Source: a virus (lineage: Duplodnaviria > Caudoviricetes). From it: DNA of 64,000 nucleotides. A program made the position numbers and the translations under genes. Below are positions 36,357 to 43,973 of this stretch, piece after piece. Where the stretch lies: the IMG/VR virus record IMGVR_UViG_3300035208_008180. One strand, given 5' to 3'. The number at the start of each line of letters is the position of its first letter. Within the stretch, counting starts at the first letter, position 1. The notes below the pieces were generated by a model. That model did not search any database, was not told the origin of the DNA, and worked only from the letters and a program-made list of their open reading frames with translations.

Positions 36357-36686
36357 TTATTCATCGTCATCGTCTTCCCAATCCTCTTCGTCGTCGTCAT
36401 CATCGTCATCGTCTTCCCAATCCTCTTCGTCGTCATCATCGTCATCGTCGTCTTCCCACTCCTCTTCATCGTCATCGTCGTCTAAATCGTCATATTCGTC
36501 GTCGTCATCGTCATCGTCGTCATCGAAATCCTCATCCTCATCATCGAAATCCTCATCGTCATCTGCCATAGAGCAATTTGCTTGATTGGATTGGACTCGT
36601 TCCCACGCACAAGCAGCCACCCGTCGAACTTCTCGCCGGGCTTCTTCCGACAAGCCACTGTCGAATACTTTCAATCGAATACTCAT
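36357..36686 (-). CDS. extremely acidic protein with D(n)EEDWE repeats
   Basis: AAGGAG RBS; C-terminal 70 aa almost all Asp/Glu. Confidence 0.7.
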   Translation of the reverse strand: MSIRLKVFDSGLSEEARREVRRVAACAWERVQSNQANCSMADDDEDFDDEDEDFDDDDDDDDDEYDDLDDDDDEEEWEDDDDDDDDEEDWEDDDDDDDDEEDWEDDDDE

Positions 36687-36727
36687 GGATAATCTCCTTT
36701 AAAAATAAATCCTTGGTATGTAGCAAC

Positions 36728-37030
36728 CTATGTTGGTTTTTTCTTTTGTTGTACCTTTTTTTTCAGCACTAATTCTGTAAACTCCAACAAATCAGACCGC
36801 ATCAGAAGCATATCTCTGTGCATTTCCTCTAGTTTTTCTTCTGTGTTAAACTCTTGCACTTCTTCCCCAGCTTTTACAACAGATCGCTCGCCATTACACA
36901 CCAACTCCAACCAATCACCCCACTCCTCATCAAAAAAAGCTACGTGTCCCCGAATGTTTACTGCGTGTTCCTTACATAGGCGGTCAAGTTTCCGTAAGAA
37001 TGACCCCACCCGTTGTTTGTCGGTTATCAT
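36728..37030 (-). CDS. hypothetical protein
   Basis: 100-aa ORF. Confidence 0.5.
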   Translation of the reverse strand: MITDKQRVGSFLRKLDRLCKEHAVNIRGHVAFFDEEWGDWLELVCNGERSVVKAGEEVQEFNTEEKLEEMHRDMLLMRSDLLEFTELVLKKKVQQKKKPT

Positions 37031-37583
37031 AACGCACCACTGTGTCCTTGGTTAATTCAACAATGTTTCGGATTTCCAAGCCCAAACTCCACGGTGTACT
37101 TCCCCGGCAACAAACTGGTTTCCAAGAACCCTACCCCTTTCTGCACAAAATTTCCCTTATCATCCCCGATCCATATCTCTATGTCGGAAACCCCAGCATC
37201 AATCGTCAATTTGCAATAAGGATTACTCAAGGTTCTGAACATCTGATTAGAAGATTCGCCCCACCCAACCGGCCCACAAATCACACCATTCATAGTTGAT
37301 ATCCACTATATTTGCCGTAAGCTGGCAACACGTCTGGTTTTTTCTTGGCACGGCGTCTTTCAGTGCGTACTTTGAGCTTCTTCAAAGCAGTTTTAACTTT
37401 TCCAGAATATCCATCAGCCTGTTCTGCCAGTCCCATGCTTTGTTACCTCTATCTTCCCGTTCTTTCGCCTCAATGTAGTGCAACGAAACTTTTTTGTCAA
37501 ATCGTCGCCATTCTTTAAGGCTTCGTTGAATTCCTTCAACCCCTTGATGATCTTTTTGCCTACTTTACTCATTTGGTTTACCC

Positions 37584-38027
37584 TTACCCAGGCGAGAAAC
37601 CACCAAAAAGCCCGCCGAAAAGCTGTCGCAACATGTCGTTGGGCTCTGCTGATTTATCAGAAGCAACAACCATGAAGCCTTTTCTAATCCCCACTCGGGC
37701 CTTGTTCACCGCTTCGGGATACTGCTTGTATATAGCCTGCCAAAGCATCCCATCCCAGAGATTCGCCATAGTTTTATAGTTTCCTGCTTTGTGGCACAAG
37801 CAAATTGCTTTCTCTTTATCTCTTTCGTATTTTGCCGACAACATCAATTCGTCAGCGTTGCGATGACAAAGGTCTCGCAAAGTATACATTTTCTTTGCCT
37901 CATCATTGGCAACTCCGATTTCTATGTCGCTAGGGTCCACTTCGGCAACGGGATCATTGAAATCTTCAGGGCCAATGCTGTCTAGCTCATGCTGCAACCA
38001 CGACAAAAATGTTGTAGGATTATCCAT
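37584..38027 (-). CDS. hypothetical protein
   Basis: 147 aa with AAGGA RBS. Confidence 0.6.
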   Translation of the reverse strand: MDNPTTFLSWLQHELDSIGPEDFNDPVAEVDPSDIEIGVANDEAKKMYTLRDLCHRNADELMLSAKYERDKEKAICLCHKAGNYKTMANLWDGMLWQAIYKQYPEAVNKARVGIRKGFMVVASDKSAEPNDMLRQLFGGLFGGFSPG

Positions 38028-38038
38028 TTTATTGTCCT

Positions 38039-38359
38039 TTATCGAAAATCATCAGGTCCACTTGCCACAACTTCACCAAAATCACACTTGCGTTCCTGTG
38101 TCGGCTGTGTCGGCTCTGTGCGAAAACGCAAATAGGTTGTCATGCCCTTGGTTTCCCTCACATCAACAAACCACCCAGCTTTCTCAAACTTCCTCACCAC
38201 CCTTGTAAGCAATTTAGCATCCTGCAAATTGCTTATAGCCCTGTTTTCAGAGCCCGAAATCTTGATGAGACACTTTTGCTGCCGCAATTCCTTGTTAATT
38301 GCTTTAACAGCCTCTTTGACACCAAGCTTATGCACTCTTTGGGGGGTAGTTGCTTTCAT
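38039..38359 (-). CDS. hypothetical protein
   Basis: 106 aa; GGAG RBS; promoter 38381-38410. Confidence 0.6.
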   Translation of the reverse strand: MKATTPQRVHKLGVKEAVKAINKELRQQKCLIKISGSENRAISNLQDAKLLTRVVRKFEKAGWFVDVRETKGMTTYLRFRTEPTQPTQERKCDFGEVVASGPDDFR

Positions 38360-38611
38360 ATTTCTCCCTGGGCTGCTCCTATTATACTTCAGAAACAGAG
38401 GTTGTAAACTCTTTTCGTTTAAACCAATAAAAACCCCTGTGTTTTACCCAGCCGCCTACGGAAATGTAGAAGAAATACTTCCACAACATCGCAAGCCACC
38501 CAACCCCATAAATATAGGCAACCCACTCAGAATGGTTGCTGAACATCAACAACAATGGCAGAATGATGAGAATAGTTAAAACAATCACAATCTGTAGCGT
38601 TGTTTTCATAG

Positions 38612-38683
38612 GGTGGCCGACGAGAATCGAACTCGTATACCCGGATTCACAGTCCAGTTCCTAAGCCATTCGGACACGGCCAC
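38612..38683 (-). tRNA. tRNA-His(GTG), no encoded G-1
   Basis: GTGGCCG..CGGCCAC-C; CTGGA-CTGTGAA-TCCGG. Confidence 0.92.
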
Positions 38684-38685
38684 AG

Positions 38686-38758
38686 TGAGACCAGACGGAC
38701 TTGAACCGTCACCTACTTCCTTAAGAGGGAAGAATGCTGCCGCTAACACCTTGGTCCC
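38686..38758 (-). tRNA. tRNA-Lys(CTT)
   Basis: GGGACCA..TGGTCTC-A; CTTCC-CTCTTAA-GGAAG. Confidence 0.9.
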
Positions 38759-38763
38759 AAAAA

Positions 38764-39045
38764 TCATTCAAAATCCACAATCTGACAACGACGATCAGAG
38801 TGATATTTTCCCAACACAACTTCCAACATTTCTTTATCAGAAAGAATTCCCTTGTCCGACAAAGTAGAAACTAAATTGCCGAGCACTTCGGCAAGTCTTT
38901 TGATCCTATCTTCGATTCCATTGTGCCTGTCGTAGAAGTCATCCTTTCCTTCCATGACAAAATGCTCAACAAATTGTTCAACAGAAAATTCCTCAACAAA
39001 TTCACCAGTGCTTGGGTGCGGAGTACCAAATCTTACTGTTTTCAC
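38764..39045 (-). CDS. hypothetical protein
   Basis: 93 aa with GGAGGT RBS. Confidence 0.55.
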   Translation of the reverse strand: MKTVRFGTPHPSTGEFVEEFSVEQFVEHFVMEGKDDFYDRHNGIEDRIKRLAEVLGNLVSTLSDKGILSDKEMLEVVLGKYHSDRRCQIVDFE

Positions 39046-39260
39046 GATTCACCTCCTCCAAATAACGCTTCCAAATCTTCAGCGTCAATCACTCGCTGTC
39101 CATCGCTCAGTTGATAGACTTTCAGCTTCACGCCACCTAAATCCAAAACGCCTCTGTGTGTGGCGAATGGAACTTCACCATCCAATTCTGGCGGTTCGGC
39201 AGGAAGAGACTCCCACTCCACCCCATCCAACAAAATTTGTATTGGAGATTTGGATTCCAT
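39042..39260 (-). CDS. hypothetical protein (resembles N-terminus of P63C/antirepressor-type proteins)
   Basis: GVLDLGG..LKVYQLSDGQRVI; promoter 39270-39299. Confidence 0.45.
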   Translation of the reverse strand: MESKSPIQILLDGVEWESLPAEPPELDGEVPFATHRGVLDLGGVKLKVYQLSDGQRVIDAEDLEALFGGGES

Positions 39261-39880
39261 ATTGCCCTCATTATACTTCAGAAATTGACGTTGTAAACCA
39301 ATTCATTACCACGGCTTTCATTTGATCGCCAAACTCTTCAATAGCTGCCTCAACCTCCCTGAAATCATCCCCTTCCTGCCACAAAACATCAGAACACTCC
39401 ATCATCCCCTTCGGACTAAAATCAAACAAACGCTCAACAACTTCAAGTTTCTGCTCTCTTGTTAGTTGCATCTCATCCTCCACAACCACAAGGACTAAAA
39501 TCCATATTTCGTTCTTTGGATAATTTATCAATACTTCCGTCTTCTGCACATGTTTTACAAATTACCACATGTTCTTGACCATCGTGATATAATCGACAAC
39601 CAACAAATATTCCGCACGACTCACAAGGAAATCCATCTCTGGCTTCGTTGGCTAAATTCCAATTACTCATTTTACATGTCCCCAATTTGCTATAGCAAGT
39701 GATTCTGTCCAGCGTCCAAACAGTGGATGCTCCCAAAACCACTCGTTATTCACCAATGGCGGATTTAATATCCTTTTCCATCCATTGGCCCTCAACTTTG
39801 CACGCCTTTGCCAACTATCTGTCAGCATTTCAGCAACTTCTGTCAGTGCTTTTTCACCAATAGTCATGATTATTCTCCAG

Positions 39881-39953
39881 GGTGACTAACGGGAGTCGAA
39901 CCCGCTAAAACCTGATCCACAGTCAGGCCCCTAACCGTTCGGGATTAGCCACC
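39881..39953 (-). tRNA. tRNA-His(GTG) with G-1
   Basis: G-GTGGCTA..TAGTCAC-C; CCTGA-CTGTGGA-TCAGG. Confidence 0.9.
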
Positions 39954-40174
39954 ATATTTCGTAATCCTAATCGACACCCACTCTGACTCTCCTCTTGGAA
40001 GAATACCAACCTGAAGCACGTTGTCCATTTTCCAATCAACAACGGAATCATCGCAATATAACGAAAATTCCGATATAATGTCCTCAACATACAATCCTAA
40101 ATCTTCCCAAAAAGCTGCTGATTGGAAAGCAATTCTCTGAATTGACAAAAGCAATCGTCTTATTTGTACTCTGG

Positions 40175-40333
40175 TTATATTTTTTCCACATAACAATGCC
40201 AAGTCCATGTCACACCTCCATGATCTAAATCGATGTTATAGCCAGTTTTAGTGATTTTGATTATAACACCATCACCCGCCCGTTTGGGACACAACACCTT
40301 AACCCTATCGCCAATTTCAAGTAATTTTTTCAT
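40175..40333 (-). CDS. KOW/SH3-like small protein, paralog of 4327-4536
   Basis: MKKLLEIGDRVKVLCPKRAGDGVIIKITKTGY..WTWHCYV. Confidence 0.7.
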   Translation of the reverse strand: MKKLLEIGDRVKVLCPKRAGDGVIIKITKTGYNIDLDHGGVTWTWHCYVEKI

Positions 40334-40336
40334 AAG

Positions 40337-40407
40337 CAGGAGTGCTAGGATTCGGACCAAGATCGACGGTTTTGGAGACCGTTATGCTACCATTGCACCA
40401 CACTCCT
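40337..40407 (-). tRNA. tRNA-Trp(CCA)
   Basis: AGGAGTG..CACTCCT-G; ACGGT-CTCCAAA-ACCGT. Confidence 0.92.
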
Positions 40408-40413
40408 TCGCAG

Positions 40414-40488
40414 CAGCACCGCCAGGACTCGAACCCGGATCGCCTCGATTTGGAATCGAGTGCCCTAAGCCATTTGGACCACGGTGCT
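40414..40488 (-). tRNA. tRNA-Trp(CCA)
   Basis: AGCACCG..CGGTGCT-G; CTCGA-TTCCAAA-TCGAG. Confidence 0.92.
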
Positions 40489-40565
40489 GTATTTGAATGC
40501 TGTGGGTCGTGTGGGCGTGGCATTGCTAGGCAACGGCGTTTCCTCGGAACACCACAGCATTCAAG

Positions 40566-40644
40566 AGTCGGCAGGCGGAATCGAACCACTTAACATCTGA
40601 TTTGCAATCAGACCCCCAGCCTTCGGAGATTAGTTTCTGCCGAC
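40566..40644 (-). tRNA. tRNA-Cys(GCA), atypical acceptor-D linker
   Basis: GTCGGCAG..CTGCCGAC-T; TCTGA-TTGCAAA-TCAGA; about 8 extra nt before D-arm. Confidence 0.8.
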
Positions 40645-40651
40645 AATTCAG

Positions 40652-40728
40652 TGGAGCTAGAGGGAGTCGCACCCTCAGTTACCAACGTACCCATTGTAGG
40701 TTTTACGTTAGACTCGCTTTGTAGCCCC
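40652..40728 (-). ncRNA. mini tmRNA-like RNA (tRNA-like domain only, 77 nt)
   Basis: GGGGCTA..TAGCTCC-A with G3.U70; no D-stem; helix CTAACGTA/TACGTTGG closed by a 14-nt loop; T-arm GAGGG-TGCGACT-CCCTC. Confidence 0.72.
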
Positions 40729-40956
40729 TTATCTTTTTGGACCTTGCCAATCATCCCTGTATTTATATGTAAATTCAGCATCAATTGGCGTGTTCAATCC
40801 TTCCTCTCGCAACATTTCCTCAAGAGCATCAGCCACTTCATCATAAACATCACAACGCTCTTGTTCTACGGCCCAAGTCCATGTGCTGCCGGTAGGCGTA
40901 TGACTTGCTTTTTCCCTTAATTGAGCAATATATGCTCTAATCTTTTCCGACTTCAT
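40729..40956 (-). CDS. hypothetical protein
   Basis: 75-aa ORF inside array B. Confidence 0.5.
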   Translation of the reverse strand: MKSEKIRAYIAQLREKASHTPTGSTWTWAVEQERCDVYDEVADALEEMLREEGLNTPIDAEFTYKYRDDWQGPKR

Positions 40957-41155
40957 CTTTCTTTCCCTTTTTCTTCTTTTCTTTTGGTGCTGATTTCAAA
41001 CTTTCAATCAAAACTTTTACCTCAGCATTTTCCGCAAGTTTAGTTATCAACTCATTCAATCCATGAATCTCCAAACCTTGCCTTGTCGTTTGTTTCACAA
41101 GGTCTTGTATTACACCCTGTGGATCAGTTTGACAGCGTTCTTCAAAGGTTATCAT
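40937..41155 (-). CDS. hypothetical protein
   Basis: 72-aa ORF with GAGGT RBS. Confidence 0.5.
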   Translation of the reverse strand: MITFEERCQTDPQGVIQDLVKQTTRQGLEIHGLNELITKLAENAEVKVLIESLKSAPKEKKKKGKKDEVGKD

Positions 41156-41524
41156 TTTACCCTCTCACAACATCATGGATTTTTGACGGAGCTTGAACAA
41201 CATCTATGATTTCAAAACCAGGAGGCATATATTTTTGTGCCTCATCCCAAGCTTCGCTCACACAAGCGGCGGCTACACTGATCTTTGGTGTCTTAACCTT
41301 TTCCTTGATGTTTTTCTTGAACTTTACAAGATATTGCATGTTTCATCCTTTGCATCAAAATTTACACAATCACATTCCCAGCAGCAGCCTTCTTCGTCAT
41401 GTGCTTCTGAAAGATGCCCACAGGAACATATCATTTTCTTATATCGACTGCAAGAGGGGTCGTGACCACCTCTCAAATCCCTTTCGCATTCGCTACATTC
41501 GATGCTCATATCATTCTCCTTTAG

Positions 41525-41595
41525 CTGCCCCGTAAGGAATCGAACCTTATCTTTCTCGTTCAGAGCGAGACGTGCGGCCACTACACCACGGGGCA
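41525..41595 (-). tRNA. tRNA-Gln(CTG)
   Basis: TGCCCCG..CGGGGCA-G; TCTCG-CTCTGAA-CGAGA. Confidence 0.94.
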
Positions 41596-41601
41596 AAATA
41601 G

Positions 41602-41673
41602 CTGGGCTGGAAGGATTCGAACCTTCACGAACAGATTCAAAGTCTGTCAGGCTAACCGTTACCTCACAGCCCA
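41602..41673 (-). tRNA. tRNA-Gln(TTG)
   Basis: TGGGCTG..CAGCCCA-G; ACAGA-CTTTGAA-TCTGT. Confidence 0.94.
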
Positions 41674-41781
41674 AAAATTTGGTAAATATTTCGGTGTTCC
41701 ACAGCTTAAACTGCCGAGGTTAGAGGCTGTCCATCCTCACCGAGGTTATCGGCCACCGTATCGCCAACTTGGGACATTTAG

Positions 41782-41866
41782 CAGGGGCAGAAGGAATTGA
41801 ACCTCCGAGTGCTTTCGCATGCAGCTTCAAAGACTGCCGGGGTCTGCCAACAACCCCAATACCCCC
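41782..41866 (-). tRNA. atypical tRNA with TTG (Gln) anticodon, 6-bp D-stem and variable arm
   Basis: GGGGGTA..TGCCCCT-G; GGGGTT/GACCCC; GCAGT-CTTTGAA-GCTGC; TGC-GAAA-GCA; GGAGG-TTCAATT-CCTTC. Confidence 0.78.
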
Positions 41867-41871
41867 ATGTT

Positions 41872-41994
41872 TGCAACCAACTGGAATCGAACCAATATTT
41901 CTCCGGTGTCGGGAACGTTTTGCCTTAGGCCGCTTTTTGCCAACCCTTGTTCTAGAATTGAATTAGTTATTACGACCCCTTAAACTATAGTTGC
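41872..41994 (-). ncRNA. tRNA-like RNA with hairpin insertion in D-loop
   Basis: GCAACTA..TGGTTGC acceptor; D-stem GTTT/AAAC split by about 50-nt hairpin; ATTGG-TTCGATT-CCAGT; degenerate anticodon arm. Confidence 0.6.
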
Positions 41995-41997
41995 AAG

Positions 41998-42070
41998 TGA
42001 GACCGTTGGGATTCGCACCCAAAACCTACGGCTTAAAAGGCCGTTGCTCTACTAATTGAGCTACGATCCC
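41998..42070 (-). tRNA. tRNA-Lys(TTT), A18/G55 elbow
   Basis: GGGATCG..CGGTCTC-A; ACGGC-CTTTTAA-GCCGT; T-loop TGCGAAT. Confidence 0.9.
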
Positions 42071-42160
42071 ATATAAGGAAAAGATTGCCAATCTTTATTA
42101 CAGCAGCACAACCTTTGCAGGAAACCCTGGGAAAAGGATTTTATGGCCACAAACCTTGAG

Positions 42161-42232
42161 TGGGTCCACTCGGAATCGAACCGAGGTCAAAACATTAAGA
42201 GTGTTCTATTCTAGCCGCTGAACTATGGACCC
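42161..42232 (-). tRNA. tRNA-Lys(CTT)
   Basis: GGGTCCA..TGGACCC-A; GAACA-CTCTTAA-TGTTT. Confidence 0.93.
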
Positions 42233-42245
42233 AAAGGATAAACCA

Positions 42246-42259
42246 AATTGTCAAAGATC
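42246..42259 (-). promoter_or_regulatory. boxA-like antitermination motif GATCTTTGACAATT
   Basis: Identical to 6088-6101. Confidence 0.6.
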
Positions 42260-42264
42260 ACAAG

Positions 42265-42335
42265 TGGGTCCACGGGGAATCGAACCCCGATAAACTGGGT
42301 AAAAGCCAGTTATTCTGCCATTGAATTACGAACCC
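42265..42335 (-). tRNA. tRNA-Lys(TTT)
   Basis: GGGTTCG..TGGACCC-A; ACTGG-CTTTTAC-CCAGT. Confidence 0.92.
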
Positions 42336-42985
42336 TACAACCACTCTTCATTCACAAAACCACAATATTCTTGAATTGCTCCATAAATGTGTTGCACCAT
42401 ATGAGTGTCGCACACCCTTAAAGAACAAACTCCAAACTTATGCTTATTCTTTTTATACCCGCCACCTTCTCCCTCTTTGAAAACTCCCTTTCGCAAACTG
42501 CTATGGTCTAATTTCAAAATTCCAAGCCAATAATCTTCAATCTCTTTTTTTGATAGACCATTGTTTAAATAACAATTGATGCATATTGTATACTTTTGTT
42601 TTGGGAAGTAGGTATCCACAAATTTTTTAAATGCACAAATGACATTCGCATCCGTATTCGCCAAGCTTGCCACATTTCTACTTTTTGTTCCTTCTGCCCA
42701 ATACAGCGTACAACCCAACAAATGCTGCAACTCTCCCTTTTTCGCCTGCTCCCTCCCCTCTTGCTGATATTGTTTCCTAATTGCCAAATATTTTTTTCTT
42801 GTTCCTTCTTTGCCAGCAAACCCTATTCTTCCATCTAAATTCTTGCGTTTCGTTTGCGACATTTTTATGGGGCGTGTCCATACACTTGCTGTTGATTTAG
42901 ACACACCCAACAAATTCACTATTTCACCAAGCGACTTACCTTCTTTCCTCAATTGTTTGGCTTTTTCTTTTAACTCTTTTTTCAT
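42335..42985 (-). CDS. HTH plus LAGLIDADG-like putative homing endonuclease
   Basis: N-terminal HTH (KSLGEIVNLLGVSKSTASVW); GCTLYWAEGTK..LANTD; stop abuts tRNA-Lys. Confidence 0.65.
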   Translation of the reverse strand: MKKELKEKAKQLRKEGKSLGEIVNLLGVSKSTASVWTRPIKMSQTKRKNLDGRIGFAGKEGTRKKYLAIRKQYQQEGREQAKKGELQHLLGCTLYWAEGTKSRNVASLANTDANVICAFKKFVDTYFPKQKYTICINCYLNNGLSKKEIEDYWLGILKLDHSSLRKGVFKEGEGGGYKKNKHKFGVCSLRVCDTHMVQHIYGAIQEYCGFVNEEWL

Positions 42986-43040
42986 AATAGAACCTTGCCT
43001 TTCTACCTATATATAATAGCAAAGTTCTATTTTTTTCAAG

Positions 43041-43114
43041 TCGTGGCTTTGAGAGTCGAACTCAACACGGAATCCTTATCAGGGATTCCAGGGCAAACCG
43101 GCCCGTCAGCCACG
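43041..43114 (-). tRNA. tRNA-Ile(GAT), atypical 7-bp anticodon stem
   Basis: CGTGGCT..AGCCACG-A; GGAATCC-CTGATAA-GGATTCC; TTGAG-TTCGACT-CTCAA. Confidence 0.8.
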
Positions 43115-43119
43115 TATTT

Positions 43120-43689
43120 TCAATTCAAACTCGGATCGCACTTTGGAAACATATCAAAGAACGAACTTTTCCTTTCTTTCAATGGTTTTGATTCATACTT
43201 ATACTTTTCATCAAGAGACCCCAGTCCCCTGGGATAACCCTCCAAAACTGTCAAACAACCTACAGCATCGCCCCAGGTCCAGTTGTTGGCAAGAGACTCT
43301 TTTGCAAACTCTGCCATGTAAGCTCTTGCTCTTGGAACCAAGCCATCATCCATCTTGTCGTTATACAAATCTTTTGCATAACTTAGAAGCCTGATAGCTT
43401 CCATAAGCACCAACAAATAACTTTTTTTTCCAAAATCCAATGGCACACCCAGAAGCATGTTACCTTCTGTTGCCACAACGCAAACAAAGGAAAAATCACC
43501 CAAAGCCACAGGAGTCACACCTGAAAGCATCAATTTTGAACTAAATTGTGACAATTCCTTCAAAGCATCGAGTGGTATAGTATTAAATTTATCAAACAAA
43601 TGTTGAAGCAACTTCATTACCCTCCGTCCTTGCAAAGCAACAGGATCATCGGGTGGCAAATTATCAATCCTTGGAATTGTGTCCATCAT
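43120..43689 (-). CDS. hypothetical protein, first ORF after attenuator B
   Basis: Start MMDTIP after AGGAG; the longer ORF overlaps the attenuator. Confidence 0.55.
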   Translation of the reverse strand: MMDTIPRIDNLPPDDPVALQGRRVMKLLQHLFDKFNTIPLDALKELSQFSSKLMLSGVTPVALGDFSFVCVVATEGNMLLGVPLDFGKKSYLLVLMEAIRLLSYAKDLYNDKMDDGLVPRARAYMAEFAKESLANNWTWGDAVGCLTVLEGYPRGLGSLDEKYKYESKPLKERKSSFFDMFPKCDPSLN

Positions 43690-43707
43690 AATGCTCCTAA
43701 AGCCAAT

Positions 43708-43748
43708 AAAAAAAGCCCTGTCCAGTTTTTTACCTGAACGGGGCTTTT
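43708..43748 (-). terminator. attenuator B intrinsic terminator
   Basis: AAAAGCCCCGTTCAG-GTAAAAAA-CTGGACAGGGC followed by T7. Confidence 0.82.
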
Positions 43749-43793
43749 CAATACCAACCCGGCTCAGGCATTTGTCCTGAGCCACGGTGCAAC

Positions 43794-43862
43794 TCAGAAC
43801 AGATCGCCAGTAATGCAGCAATGCTGCCACTTTTGTTTCTGTTGTTTTTGTTGCTTCGACAT
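43794..43862 (-). CDS. leader peptide B (MSKQQKQQKQKWQHCCITGDLF)
   Basis: 22-aa ORF with AAGGA RBS, below the ORF-track cutoff; stop lies inside the first attenuator helix. Confidence 0.78.
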   Translation of the reverse strand: MSKQQKQQKQKWQHCCITGDLF

Positions 43863-43879
43863 TATTCTTTTTCCTTCAG

Positions 43880-43953
43880 TGGCGGGAGTAGGATTTGAAC
43901 CTACGGCCTCAAGGTTATGAGCCTTGCGAGCTACCAGACTGCTCCACCCCGCA
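43880..43953 (-). tRNA. initiator-type tRNA-fMet(CAT)
   Basis: TGCGGGGTGGAGCAGTCTGGTAGCTCG; 1:72 mismatch; CAAGG-CTCATAA-CCTTG. Confidence 0.92.
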
Positions 43954-43973
43954 TCATGTTTTCAAAAATTAAG

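Larger units (their letters stand above)
43708..43876 (-). promoter_or_regulatory. leader-peptide transcription attenuator of tRNA array B
   Basis: Leader ORF, then helices TTCTGAGTTGC:GTGGCTCAGGA, GGCTCAGG:CCTGAGCC and CCTGAGCCGGG:CCCCGTTCAGG, then terminator; homologous to attenuator A. Confidence 0.78.

Noticed and set aside
36349-36585. Plus-strand poly-Ser ORF
   Set aside because: Shadow of the minus-strand acidic protein, which has the RBS and fits the local gene direction.
41782-41866. tRNA-Sec (plus strand shows CTTCAAA in a hairpin)
   Set aside because: T-arm and acceptor polarity place the gene on the minus strand, where the anticodon is TTG and the fold is 7/5.
43690-43830. N-terminal extension of ORF 43120..43830
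   Set aside because: It crosses the attenuator and terminator; a better start with AGGAG lies at 43689.
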